A stretch of DNA of 32,000 bases from NCBI RefSeq assembly GCF_000012285.1, contig NC_007181.1, forward strand, positions 870,001-902,000. The letters are read 5' to 3'. Below the pieces are notes generated by a model. That model worked only from the letters and a program-made list of their open reading frames with translations, did not search any database and was not told where the DNA came from. The DNA is from Sulfolobus acidocaldarius DSM 639. GTDB lineage: Archaea; Thermoproteota; Thermoprotei_A; Sulfolobales; Sulfolobaceae. Position 1 is the first letter of the stretch; every line of letters begins with the position of its first letter. Both the position numbers and the translations under genes were made by a program. This document shows positions 1 to 9,061 of the stretch, piece after piece.

Positions 1-1
1 A

Positions 2-712
2 GTGACCTTAAGTTTATCGAACAAAACTCTATTGTTAGGTCCAAACGGCTCAGGTAAAACCACTATATTGAGGGCTATCTGTGGCATAAGAGATTATGAC
101 GGTTCAATTAAAGTTGATGGAATGGAGGTAAAGAGAATCAGTAGGTTCACTAAATTATCATGTAATTTGTCAGAGGCTTATTCGCTGGGGCTAAAATTAA
201 TAGATAAACTGGAATTACTCAAGGAAATAAAGGACTTAGACATTAGTTTAGCTAAAAACATGCTTAAAGAAGTAGGAATAAGCAATCTTAACCAAAATTA
301 TTACGATTTATCCTCTGGTCAAGTTGTGCTATTTAACACGGTCTTGGCGTTAGCCTCATATCCCAAACAGATAATAATTGATGAGCCATTCGAAAACGTT
401 GATTATGCTAAGAGGAAAGTGATAATCAATTGGTTAAAAGAATATGGAGAGGAGGGATTAATAGTTACACATGAGCTTGACATGTTGAGTTCATTCGAAG
501 GATACAATCTTTATCTTATATTTGAGGGAAAAACGTTTGGTCCCATAAAAGTCAACGAGTTCTTAGAGTCTTCAATAGTAGAGGGAGAAGACCCCTCAGC
601 TTTAACTGTTGTAGAGATAAAAGGTAAGAAGTTTTCGATAACTATAGGTAAAGATCGCGGAGATAAAATTAAAAACTTAAATAATATAGATAAATTGTAC
701 TTAGGCGTCTAA
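2..712 (+). CDS. ABC transporter ATP-binding protein; 5' end lies outside the window
   Basis: The frame is open to the window edge. Walker A LLGPNGSGKTT, ABC signature LSSGQ, Walker B IIIDEP and H-loop IVTHE are present. Stop TAA at 710-712. Confidence 0.85.
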   Translation: MTLSLSNKTLLLGPNGSGKTTILRAICGIRDYDGSIKVDGMEVKRISRFTKLSCNLSEAYSLGLKLIDKLELLKEIKDLDISLAKNMLKEVGISNLNQNYYDLSSGQVVLFNTVLALASYPKQIIIDEPFENVDYAKRKVIINWLKEYGEEGLIVTHELDMLSSFEGYNLYLIFEGKTFGPIKVNEFLESSIVEGEDPSALTVVEIKGKKFSITIGKDRGDKIKNLNNIDKLYLGV

Positions 713-713
713 A

Positions 714-1331
714 GTGACACAAGAGGATGTGATTAAAGAAGCTAAGAGGCTAGCCTACTACACTTTGAAAAGCGAGATGAGAAAAGCTTTAGCAAAATAC
801 TATCTATTGTGGTCGACTTTTCCAGTACTATATTCACCTATTTATTACATCACTGATAGTCTAAGCCTGAAAAGTTTTCTAGTATATACTCTCGCATTTT
901 TCATACCTATTCTTGTTTACATGTCTCTTACCTTTGTCTTCTACCATAGAGTAGCAAAAATACGGAGAAAATTCTACAAAATTTATCCGGAGATAAACTA
1001 CATGTTAAGGGGAAAATTTTTCATCTTATACTTCATGATCGGTATACTGTTGACCATTTTAATTATTTACTCCTATTATGTTTCAAATTCAATTTTCACT
1101 GAAATTTTAGGAGTATTTTACGTTGGTCTTGTATTCGTTGGACTATATTTTAGTTACAGCATAGTAGGTATAAGATTCTATGATATTATCGCTATGGTTA
1201 GCTTTACAGCATTCATGTCTCTTTCAAATCTAAATAACACTGTTTCAGTTATTGTCTATTCATTTTTCACAATATCGTGGATTTTCGCTGGTTACAAATC
1301 AATTAATGAGGTTATAGAGAATGAGCGATGA
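714..1331 (+). CDS. polytopic membrane protein, probable partner of the upstream ABC ATPase
   Basis: GTG start 1 nt after the ABC stop. Several long hydrophobic segments (e.g. FLVYTLAFFIPILVYMSLTFVF, FFILYFMIGILLTILIIY). No catalytic motif recognised. Confidence 0.6.
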   Translation: MTQEDVIKEAKRLAYYTLKSEMRKALAKYYLLWSTFPVLYSPIYYITDSLSLKSFLVYTLAFFIPILVYMSLTFVFYHRVAKIRRKFYKIYPEINYMLRGKFFILYFMIGILLTILIIYSYYVSNSIFTEILGVFYVGLVFVGLYFSYSIVGIRFYDIIAMVSFTAFMSLSNLNNTVSVIVYSFFTISWIFAGYKSINEVIENER

Positions 1332-1626
1332 TCTAAAGAAGATTATCGAATTACTGAATAACCCTGTGCTCTCAAATTCGTCAAGACTAGGAATTCTCAT
1401 ATCATTATATATTCTAGGTAAAACCACATTCGCTGAGCTTCAAAAGTCTACTGAAATACCTAAGAGTTCCCTCCACATGCATTTGCAGATTTTAGAGGAA
1501 AATGGACTGGTTACTGTAAAGAAGATACCTACTTTGTCAGGTCCTAGGACGATAGTGCAAATAACTGAAAAAGGTGTAGAGGAGATTAAAAAATACATAA
1601 ACGTGATCAGGGACATAAAGATATGA
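1321..1626 (+). CDS. small winged-helix transcriptional regulator (ArsR/PadR-like wHTH)
   Basis: The ATG overlaps the upstream stop (ATGAGCGATGA, 1321-1331), suggesting translational coupling. The segment TFAELQKSTEIPKSSLHMHLQILEENGLVTVKK has a typical HTH-plus-wing pattern. Confidence 0.6.
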   Translation: MSDDLKKIIELLNNPVLSNSSRLGILISLYILGKTTFAELQKSTEIPKSSLHMHLQILEENGLVTVKKIPTLSGPRTIVQITEKGVEEIKKYINVIRDIKI

Positions 1627-1833
1627 GGTCGTTTAATATAACAAATTTCTCCCACATGCTGAACGTGATTTAGTTTATGGTTCTCAGTTACGGAACGCCC
1701 AGAGAAAAAGATACCTAACTGTTACCACTTCTACAAATATTCAGTTAATAGTTGCCTTAAAATTCCTGGGCTTTAAGGGAAGCCATTGCTTAAAATATTA
1801 TAAGTTCTGGTACTAAATTTATATTGAGTAGTT

Positions 1834-2922
1834 TTGGACGAGGAAGAGTTTAGGTCAGCGCTTAAAAAATGGATTGAATCTAATTCTCCTGCTGATTTAA
1901 AAGGTAGAAGGATTCTCTTCGATACAGTTGAATTCGATGATTATCAGAAGATTAGAGAATGGCAAAGGAAACTGTATAGTGCAGGATATCTGGGCATAAC
2001 ATGGCCTAAGCAGTATGGTGGGCAAGATCTACCTCCTATCTATGAGGCGATAGCGTATGAGGAGTTTATAAAAGCTGGTTTACCGTATGGAAGAAGTTTA
2101 GGCTCAATAGGATTAATGGTAGCGGCACCTGCAATCCTGAAGCATGGAAATGAAGAACAGAAAAAGAGGTACTTACCAAGAATACTCAGCGCTGAGGATA
2201 TATGGTGCCAAGGATTCTCTGAACCTTCCGCAGGATCAGACCTGGCATCAGTCAAGACCAGAGCAGAGGACAAAGGTGATTATTTTCTAGTCAATGGACA
2301 AAAGATATGGAGTAGTTATGCCCATCTAGCCAATTACATGATACTCTTGGCAAGGACTGGTGAAGATAGGTATGGTGGACTTACCATGTTTGTCGTAGAT
2401 ATGAAACAGCCCGGAATAAAAGTCTCTCCCATTTATCAAATCACAGGTAAGAGTGACTTCAATATAGTGTATTTAAGCGATGTAAAGGTTCCTAAGGAGA
2501 ATGTAGTTGGTAAGGTTGGAGAGGGATGGAAGGTTGCAATGACTGTGTTGAACCATGAGAGATTTACCTTGGGGATTACGATGCTCTTCACTTCTAAAAG
2601 TGCTATAGACACTCTAAAGGATCCAAAGCTGGAGGAGTTAAGGGATGATATAGAGGGGTTAGAGGCGTTTTATCGTCGACTCCTGATTAAGCTTAGAAGG
2701 GGAGAGGACGTTGATACTGAGGGGGCTATATTGAAACTAGTTGCATCTGAAATACTTCAAAAAGTCTACGAACATGCAGTCTCCAATTATGATCTAGAGT
2801 TCATCATGAGCCAGAAGTGGTATCTAGGAATGTTAAGCTCTAGAGGTAGAACTATCGCCGGTGGCACTTCAGAGATCTTAAGGAACCTAATTGGAGAGAG
2901 AGTATTGAAATTACCGAAATAA
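1834..2922 (+). CDS. acyl-CoA dehydrogenase
   Basis: TTG start. ACAD motifs CQGFSEPSAGSDLAS, NGQKIWSS and GEGWKVAMTVLNHER are present. The C-terminal IAGGTSEILRNLIGERVL has Gly where MCAD-type enzymes carry the catalytic Glu (IVD/LCAD-like arrangement). Confidence 0.85.
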   Translation: MDEEEFRSALKKWIESNSPADLKGRRILFDTVEFDDYQKIREWQRKLYSAGYLGITWPKQYGGQDLPPIYEAIAYEEFIKAGLPYGRSLGSIGLMVAAPAILKHGNEEQKKRYLPRILSAEDIWCQGFSEPSAGSDLASVKTRAEDKGDYFLVNGQKIWSSYAHLANYMILLARTGEDRYGGLTMFVVDMKQPGIKVSPIYQITGKSDFNIVYLSDVKVPKENVVGKVGEGWKVAMTVLNHERFTLGITMLFTSKSAIDTLKDPKLEELRDDIEGLEAFYRRLLIKLRRGEDVDTEGAILKLVASEILQKVYEHAVSNYDLEFIMSQKWYLGMLSSRGRTIAGGTSEILRNLIGERVLKLPK

Positions 2923-2953
2923 TTTTTTATGATGAAATCTCTTTTTCTAAAAT

Positions 2954-3391
2954 ATGTATTTTGAAGACTTTAAAGTAGGACAAAAGTGGGAGACAAAAGG
3001 TAGAACAGTTGGAGAAGCAGATGTAATAGTTTTTTCCACCATGACAGGAGCATATAATCCCTTATTTCTAGATGAGGAATACGGCAAGAAGACCAGGTTC
3101 AAAGGTAGAATTGCCCCAGGACTGTTGACGGCTTCGTTAGCAGTAGGTCTAACTTATCAATTACCGGTAGATCCTTTTGGTGAGGGGTTCGTTGCGTTAT
3201 CTAGACTTGAATTGGAGGCTAAGAAGGCTGTTAAGATAGGCGATACATTAAAGTGTGTGGTAGAGGTCATTGATAAAAAGGAGAGAGAGAAGAACGGTAG
3301 AGTCTTCTTAAACGTGAAAACCATTAACCAGCTTGGAGAAGAAGTAATGAATTTAAAACTAGAGATAGTCTGTGATAAAAAACTTAGCTGA
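2954..3391 (+). CDS. MaoC-like (R)-specific enoyl-CoA hydratase / hot-dog fold dehydratase
   Basis: 145 aa. N-terminal FEDFKVGQ and PLFLDEEYGKKTRFKGRIAPG match the MaoC dehydratase pattern. Confidence 0.8.
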   Translation: MYFEDFKVGQKWETKGRTVGEADVIVFSTMTGAYNPLFLDEEYGKKTRFKGRIAPGLLTASLAVGLTYQLPVDPFGEGFVALSRLELEAKKAVKIGDTLKCVVEVIDKKEREKNGRVFLNVKTINQLGEEVMNLKLEIVCDKKLS

Positions 3392-4187
3392 TCTTAAATA
3401 TCTTCTGAAGTGCTATAATCCTCTTGAGGTGTAAATGCAGATCCAAATCTGACGTGAATCCTATTCCCCCATGAAATTGAATGGAGTCTAGTGCAGCTCT
3501 GAAGGCTTTTCTATAAGCATGGTTCAAAAGATTGTAGGGGTTTTCTATATTACCTAGTATGTATCTCGATCTAACAAGTTCTAATCCAATTACGTCATCT
3601 ACAACTCTGTGTTTTATTGCCTGGTAGGAACCTATAGGCTTCCCAAATGCTACTCTATTTTTTGCATATTCCACTATCTGCTTCATGGTAGCTAAACCAT
3701 GCCCAATAATCTGAGCTGAAGCCATAATAACTGCTCTATTGAAGTCCAACTCCAACTTTTTCCAATTCCCTCCATTTACTTTATATATTCTTAAGGTGGG
3801 ATCGGGTGATTCCACCTCCTTCAATTCTACTTCATCTCTTTTTGCAATTCCTCTAGGAGTGATTATCATTTCCGCTTTATCTGCTTCAGGAACATAATTT
3901 ACCCCTATTGTAACCGGGTAGTCTAATCCTAGCATTGCTGTGGTGGATACTATTCCAGGTAACAGGTTTTCGCCAAGGATTTCATTTATCAAAAGTCCAT
4001 ATACCCTATTCTCCTTGATAAGCTGAAATATCCCCAAATCTTTTATTTTCTCAAATATTTCCTTGACCTTGTTGTCGGAGACTTTATCTTTCTTCGCTCC
4101 TAAAGTTTTCCATTCTCTATCTAAGAATTCGCCTAAAGAATTCCTAATGAGTGAGAACTCCTCATTGCTCTCTACGTCTAGTAACAT
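3384..4187 (-). CDS. acyl-CoA dehydrogenase-like protein, shortened (C-terminal helical domain recognisable)
   Basis: GSYQAIKHRVVD and QFHGGIGFTSDLDLHLHLKR match the ACAD C-terminal domain. The protein ends (..QKIFKIS*) about where canonical ACADs have the YEGT catalytic-base motif. Its 3' end overlaps the MaoC gene by 8 nt. Confidence 0.65.
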   Translation of the reverse strand: MLLDVESNEEFSLIRNSLGEFLDREWKTLGAKKDKVSDNKVKEIFEKIKDLGIFQLIKENRVYGLLINEILGENLLPGIVSTTAMLGLDYPVTIGVNYVPEADKAEMIITPRGIAKRDEVELKEVESPDPTLRIYKVNGGNWKKLELDFNRAVIMASAQIIGHGLATMKQIVEYAKNRVAFGKPIGSYQAIKHRVVDDVIGLELVRSRYILGNIENPYNLLNHAYRKAFRAALDSIQFHGGIGFTSDLDLHLHLKRIIALQKIFKIS

Positions 4188-4346
4188 TGATTAATATATC
4201 TTGGAGAGACATAATATTTTTTACCATAAAGAATAATGAGCGTCAATTCGTACTCCATGGTACGAGGGACTGTTTTAATCAATGGAGAGGTTGTTTCAGA
4301 TTCTCTAGGTCGAAATCATGCACAAGAAATATACTTATGATTTATG

Positions 4347-5582
4347 TTAAGGCTCCCTTTTTACCTCCTCCCATTTACCATCAAACAAGATACGATTGCC
4401 CTTTTCTGCTACGATCTTTCCTTTCCTTATGACGTACGAGGGCGGATCAATAAACCTTATCAAGTCTACCACATTATTAGAAGCTGTCACTATCAAATTA
4501 GCTTCACACCCTACACAAATACCGTAGTTTTTAATTCTCAAGGCTTTCGCCCCATTATATGTTATTAAGTATATTGATCTCCTTAACTCTTCATATCCTG
4601 TAAGTTGATCAAGATGAATTGCCATAAACAACGCTTGTAACATATTACCGCTTCCAAGAGGATACCAAGGGTCCATCATACAGTCATAACCTAACGCGAC
4701 ATTCACTCCAAAGTTCAACATTTCCTTTATGGGTGCCATACCTCTTCTTTTTGGATAAGTATCTAACCTACCTTGGAGGACTGCATTAATTAAGGGGTTA
4801 GGTATCACACTTATTCCTGCATTTGCGACATGTGGTAAAATTCTGTATCTGTAAGCATTATCCCAGCTATGCATTGCAGTGACATGTCCTGCTGCAACTC
4901 TACCTACCCACCCATTTTCCAGTGTCTCTTTAGCTAAGACCTCTAAGAATCTAGAGTTAGGGTCATCAGTCTCATCTATATGTCCATCAATATCTCGATT
5001 ATACCTTTTCCCCAATTCAAGTGCAAATTTAATTGACCTGACTCCGTCCTCCCTGGTTAATTCATTATGAGGAATAAGTCCAACATTATCTGCACCTTCA
5101 CTCAATGCTTTATACATTAACTCCTCATTGCCCTTATCTGTAAATATCCCATCCTGTGGAAAAGCAGTTATTTGAATATCCATAAGTTCTTTTACGTCTT
5201 CCTTGACCTTGAGGAGAGCCCTCAATAGTCTAAAACTTTTTTCCGTTATGTCCACGTGGGTCCTTAACCAGAGAGTTCCGAAGGCTACCATTAATTTAAC
5301 TGCTGTTACTGCATTTTTGTAAACTTGTTCCTCAGTGAGTTCTTGCTTTAACTTTTTCCATATTTTTATCCCCTCCCATAAAGTGCCACTTTGATTTTCT
5401 GCTTTGGTGAAGACACTGTCTAGATGAAAATGCATATTAAGGTATGGTGGTAGAACTAGTTTTCCATTTGCTTCCAATACATCCTCTTCCCTCTCACAAT
5501 TCCCTATACAAGTTATCTTGTCCCCATCTATCTTAATATCGACTATCCTCCCATCTTCCAGTCTAGCATTTTTAATTAACAT
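4347..5582 (-). CDS. codA: cytosine deaminase-like metal-dependent amidohydrolase
   Basis: Colinear with my recollection of E. coli CodA: PPYLNMHFHLDS (HxH metal site), QSGTLWEGI, RTHVD, QITAFPQDGI, DGHIDETDD, TAMHS, TYPKRRG, DPWYPLGSGNML. Confidence 0.75.
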   Translation of the reverse strand: MLIKNARLEDGRIVDIKIDGDKITCIGNCEREEDVLEANGKLVLPPYLNMHFHLDSVFTKAENQSGTLWEGIKIWKKLKQELTEEQVYKNAVTAVKLMVAFGTLWLRTHVDITEKSFRLLRALLKVKEDVKELMDIQITAFPQDGIFTDKGNEELMYKALSEGADNVGLIPHNELTREDGVRSIKFALELGKRYNRDIDGHIDETDDPNSRFLEVLAKETLENGWVGRVAAGHVTAMHSWDNAYRYRILPHVANAGISVIPNPLINAVLQGRLDTYPKRRGMAPIKEMLNFGVNVALGYDCMMDPWYPLGSGNMLQALFMAIHLDQLTGYEELRRSIYLITYNGAKALRIKNYGICVGCEANLIVTASNNVVDLIRFIDPPSYVIRKGKIVAEKGNRILFDGKWEEVKREP

Positions 5583-5853
5583 ATTTTCTTGATATTATTA
5601 GTTTTTAAATTATTAACTATTGTCAAAATAACTTAGCTGAATTAGAGGAAAGATTTAGACAGATTGTGGACTTCCCATATCGAGATAAAGATACACGTTA
5701 GGCTCTTTGTTTCTGTCTTTGCTTACTAAACCTTTAAGAGTTGTTTCTGATTTGTATAATTAAAAAGAATACACTATTTTTAGACTCATTTTTCTCGATA
5801 TGGATAAAAATTTTTAAACATAAATTTATCTCTCACCTGATTGACTTTGCCTT

Positions 5854-6807
5854 ATGGCTAAGAACTGCCCTAGATGTGGCAAGTCTGTCCCAGATGATGC
5901 TAGATATTGTTACAGTTGTGGTTATTACTTTGGTTCAGTTCAGGTACCTAAACAGGATACACCAGTTACAATTAGTGCAATTGCTAACTATATACCTAGA
6001 CTCCTGAGGATTGGTAAGCTAATACTAGGGATTTCAATAATTTTCGCTGCAATCGCGGGTATAGTCTTTCTCTCCCATTTAATCCAGTTGAATCCCAGTG
6101 GTGGAATAATAGCAGGTTCGATAATAGGAATTCTGGGACTAATAGCGTATTTAGTTTCCCCTATTTTTTCCATGTTTAGGGCTGATTTGTCTGTGAATAA
6201 GATTACCATACTTACAGGGTTAGGTTTTTACTTTTTAATAGGACTTTCTTCAATAATCATATCCATATCAACTCCGATTTCATTCCCCTTTGGAATGGCA
6301 GGGGGCATCGTGGTAATAGTTGGTGTCATATTAACTTTAATCTCCAACTATGTAGTAGAGGGTAACAAATTAATTAAAGTAATTTTCCAAATGATAGGAG
6401 TTATTCTGATTTACGTTTATACGTATAATGCAGGAAGGTTTTTAGTTGTGAATTACGAGTCGACCTTATGGGGTGTGGCTGTTATATTAGCACTCATACC
6501 ATCTTTAATATCCACCGTATCAGAAGGGGAGTTGATAAGTGTGGACAATCCCATGGCTAAAGGTGAGGTTGGGGAGTTGATTAATAATAGCATGTTAGGT
6601 TTAGGTTTGTTAATTTTCTCTATTGGAATGATACTAACTGGCTCAGTTCAAGTTTCATTCCCACCATCCCCCGGTTTATTGGACGCTGTTTATGCTCTAA
6701 GTATAACTTCCGGAGTATTAGCCATAGTCGGAGGGATAATAGGACTTATCTTGTCGATATTTATAATAATTTATATAATGACAAACAGAAAAATGCCAAA
6801 AATGTAA
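5854..6807 (+). CDS. zinc-ribbon membrane protein
   Basis: N-terminal CPRCGKSVPDDARYCYSCG (CxxC-x10-CxxC) is followed by many Gly/Ile-rich transmembrane segments. Confidence 0.6.
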   Translation: MAKNCPRCGKSVPDDARYCYSCGYYFGSVQVPKQDTPVTISAIANYIPRLLRIGKLILGISIIFAAIAGIVFLSHLIQLNPSGGIIAGSIIGILGLIAYLVSPIFSMFRADLSVNKITILTGLGFYFLIGLSSIIISISTPISFPFGMAGGIVVIVGVILTLISNYVVEGNKLIKVIFQMIGVILIYVYTYNAGRFLVVNYESTLWGVAVILALIPSLISTVSEGELISVDNPMAKGEVGELINNSMLGLGLLIFSIGMILTGSVQVSFPPSPGLLDAVYALSITSGVLAIVGGIIGLILSIFIIIYIMTNRKMPKM

Positions 6808-6843
6808 AAAATTTTTGTCTTGTAAATATGAGGAGAGTACTCT

Positions 6844-7167
6844 TTACTTAGTTACTTTAGTAGCGTTAGCACCGCGAAGTCCTTTAATTAGTCCGCCGAT
6901 GAAACCTAGTAAGGATAGAAGTGATAGTACAGATGGTCCCAATGCACCAAGTATTCCGCCAGTTATCATTAAGCCTGTATTGTCTCTTATTCCGCCATAG
7001 ATGTCAGCTAGCCCACCTATTATACTGATTATGCCTAGAGCAGTCAATACACCTGAGTCAATTGAAACGTAATATGTTGCTAGAGGCTTATTGATTACTA
7101 AACTAGTTATAGCTATTATGAGTGCTAAAACACCACCAATTATTGATAATATCCTTGAGGGAGTCAT
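6844..7167 (-). CDS. small membrane protein
   Basis: 107 aa with three to four hydrophobic helices rich in IIGG/ILGA. Convergent with the zinc-ribbon membrane gene. No family recognised. Confidence 0.45.
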   Translation of the reverse strand: MTPSRILSIIGGVLALIIAITSLVINKPLATYYVSIDSGVLTALGIISIIGGLADIYGGIRDNTGLMITGGILGALGPSVLSLLSLLGFIGGLIKGLRGANATKVTK

Positions 7168-7472
7168 ACTCCATCACTAATGATGTCCTCAACCGGTGAA
7201 CTAAAAAGATTACCTTTCAAATAAGAAAAAGGTTTATTATAATGATAACTTTTTATTCATAGAACTTAATATATTTAGTATTTAGCCTTTCTAAGTGGAA
7301 AGAAATAAAGTGTACATAGGAGAGTTATAAGATTAAGAAAATTATAGAAGTCACAACTTGTCGAAAAGGACTGATTTTTGTGTAAGACAGTTTAAATGAG
7401 TAAAAACTCTACAATTTCGGGATTTTAAATGCTAAGAAAAATTAAAATTAGGATATCTTTTATATTAGGAAG

Positions 7473-7480
7473 ATTTAAAA
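7473..7480 (+). promoter_or_regulatory. TATA-like box for the DsrE-like gene
   Basis: ATTTAAAA is centred about 27 nt before ATG 7504. This fits a leaderless transcript and argues against the 25-codon N-terminal extension from 7429. Confidence 0.4.
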
Positions 7481-7503
7481 GATGGAAATACGAAAATAGG
7501 ACT

Positions 7504-7836
7504 ATGACAAAGGTTCTCTTCTTAATAATGTCTGGAGATGAAAAATTCGAGCTGGCTATGAGAATGGCTTACAACTCAGCCAAAAACAAAAGATATGAAG
7601 ATGTCAAGGTTATCTACTTTGGACCGAGCCAAAAGAGGCTAACCCAACTTCAGGGAGATCTTAAAGACATGTTTCAAGAGATGTTGCAAAACAAGTTAGT
7701 CGATTCCGCGTGTATAGGTGTTGCCGAGAGAATGAACCTAGTGCCAGATCTCAAAAATATGGGGGTTAACCTAGTACCTGTTGGAGAGAGGGTTGCCCAT
7801 TACGTAAATAATGGCTATGAGGTCATAACGTTTTGA
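7504..7836 (+). CDS. DsrE/DsrF-like family protein
   Basis: About 110 aa from MTKVLFLIMSGDE. The conserved Cys context SACIGVAERMNL resembles the DsrE/TusD active-site region. The longest ORF starts at 7429, but TATA spacing favours 7504. Confidence 0.55.
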   Translation: MTKVLFLIMSGDEKFELAMRMAYNSAKNKRYEDVKVIYFGPSQKRLTQLQGDLKDMFQEMLQNKLVDSACIGVAERMNLVPDLKNMGVNLVPVGERVAHYVNNGYEVITF

Positions 7837-8177
7837 AGACATTATGGCTAGCTGGAGCTGGCGTAAGTATACTTGAAATACTAATCGGAAACTCCATGGT
7901 TTTTTATGGAGTTTCAAATATTCTCATAGGAATTCATGCCATAATTGCAGCAGTTCTTTTAATAATAATAATTTACGGTTTAGCTAGAGCTAAAGACTCG
8001 ATAAAGAGAAGGATGCTTGTGGGCAATTTAGCTCTTCTAATACTCACTGCAGTACTCGGCATCGTCTATTTACAGTACTTTAATATTCCTTTGTTGATTG
8101 TCCACCTGCTGCTGGCTTTGGGACTTTTATCCAACTTCTCAGTTATGTACGGTCTCGAAACTTCCACACGTCAATAG
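7833..8177 (+). CDS. small 4-TM membrane protein coupled to the DsrE-like gene
   Basis: The TTG start overlaps the upstream TGA (TTGA, 7833-7836). Four hydrophobic helices. A T6 tract follows the stop. Confidence 0.5.
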   Translation: MKTLWLAGAGVSILEILIGNSMVFYGVSNILIGIHAIIAAVLLIIIIYGLARAKDSIKRRMLVGNLALLILTAVLGIVYLQYFNIPLLIVHLLLALGLLSNFSVMYGLETSTRQ

Positions 8178-8178
8178 A

Positions 8179-8184
8179 TTTTTT
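8179..8184 (+). terminator. oligo-T tract after the membrane protein gene
   Basis: TTTTTT lies 1 nt after stop TAG 8175-8177. Archaeal termination typically occurs at oligo-T. Confidence 0.3.
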
Positions 8185-8192
8185 ATACGTAG

Positions 8193-9005
8193 CTAATGAT
8201 CCACTACTTTTACCCTCCTGGTCATAGGAAGGTTTTTTATGAGAGTTTTTGCCTCAAGTTTTTTCAGATTAATTTCCACTAAGGAGGACGTAGAATAAAC
8301 TATGTTCTCGTTGTCTATCTTTGATATTGCTGTTACACCAAATGTAGGGCTTGGAAGTTCAAGATTTAATCTCTCCCATTTATATTCCTTACCAAGAAAT
8401 AGTGGTCTCTTACTCCTAACTTGGGCTAATATTAATTCGCCTAAGTCTTCAATACCATGAAAGTAGCCCTTCTCTATTACATGAAAATTTTCCAGATCCT
8501 GAGTCACATATAAACCATCTGCAGTAGTTATGTACAAGTAGTTGCCTTTACTCAAAAGATTATGGGAGTCAGCAAAAAATTTAATTGGCTTCAGAGACGA
8601 TAGCTCATCTCCTACCAAGAGATGTCCGTCCTCTACTGATGCTATTATCTTGTTTTTATATACAGCAAAATCTGTAATGTGAGCCTTTGAATTCAAAAAT
8701 TTCCAACCTAATTTCTTTCCCTCATCCTCTAGGTCAAGTATCTTCTTTCCCTCATCTACTAAGTACAGCCTAGGTCCCTCAACTGAAGCTATAATCTTAT
8801 CCCCGAACTCATATAATCTCCAACAAGACTCGTCTATTACATTTCTGTTGTCAATAGTGACCCCGTTGCTGGAGGAACATGTGTATAATCTACCTCCCTT
8901 TAGGATAAAATCATACATGCTTTCTCCTTCACAACAGACTAGCTCTATCTCTTCTTTACCCGTTATCTTATATATTCCTTTTGAAGTTGCTACTAGGTAC
9001 ATCAA
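8193..9005 (-). CDS. hypothetical protein, beta-rich (propeller-like) with an internal repeat
   Basis: 270 aa with alternating short beta-like segments. It contains repeated blocks KIIASVEGPRLYLVDEGKK and KIIASVEDGHLLVGDE, and DEGKK occurs twice 10 residues apart. No family recognised. Confidence 0.5.
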   Translation of the reverse strand: MMYLVATSKGIYKITGKEEIELVCCEGESMYDFILKGGRLYTCSSSNGVTIDNRNVIDESCWRLYEFGDKIIASVEGPRLYLVDEGKKILDLEDEGKKLGWKFLNSKAHITDFAVYKNKIIASVEDGHLLVGDELSSLKPIKFFADSHNLLSKGNYLYITTADGLYVTQDLENFHVIEKGYFHGIEDLGELILAQVRSKRPLFLGKEYKWERLNLELPSPTFGVTAISKIDNENIVYSTSSLVEINLKKLEAKTLIKNLPMTRRVKVVDH

Positions 9006-9061
9006 TTAAGTTTTGCCTGAGAAGTTAAATAATGCTACTTTAAAATATATATTGATCTTTT

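Noticed and set aside
2929-2935. ATGATGA C-box-like heptamers at 2929-2935, 18239-18245 and 25758-25764.
   Set aside because: No CTGA D box lies at the required 35-50 nt distance downstream, and there are no D'/C' candidates. The first sits in a 31-nt gap between co-oriented genes.
4248-4265. Inverted repeat TCGTAC-TCCATG-GTACGA downstream of the codA-like gene.
   Set aside because: It has a short stem and is not followed by an oligo-T tract on the transcribed strand. Archaeal termination does not require hairpins.
4151-4568. ORFs 4151..4432 and 4344..4568 (+), and 5741..6007 (+).
   Set aside because: They overlap spacers or better-supported genes on either strand. Their composition is odd (Cys/Arg/Phe-rich) and they show no motifs.
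7429-7503. 25-codon N-terminal extension of the DsrE-like ORF. Similar extensions occur at gdh (10675) and aldh (27586).
   Set aside because: The extensions are basic and low-complexity and contain the TATA-like boxes themselves. The internal ATGs sit at leaderless spacing, and for gdh the internal ATG matches the remembered homolog N-terminus.
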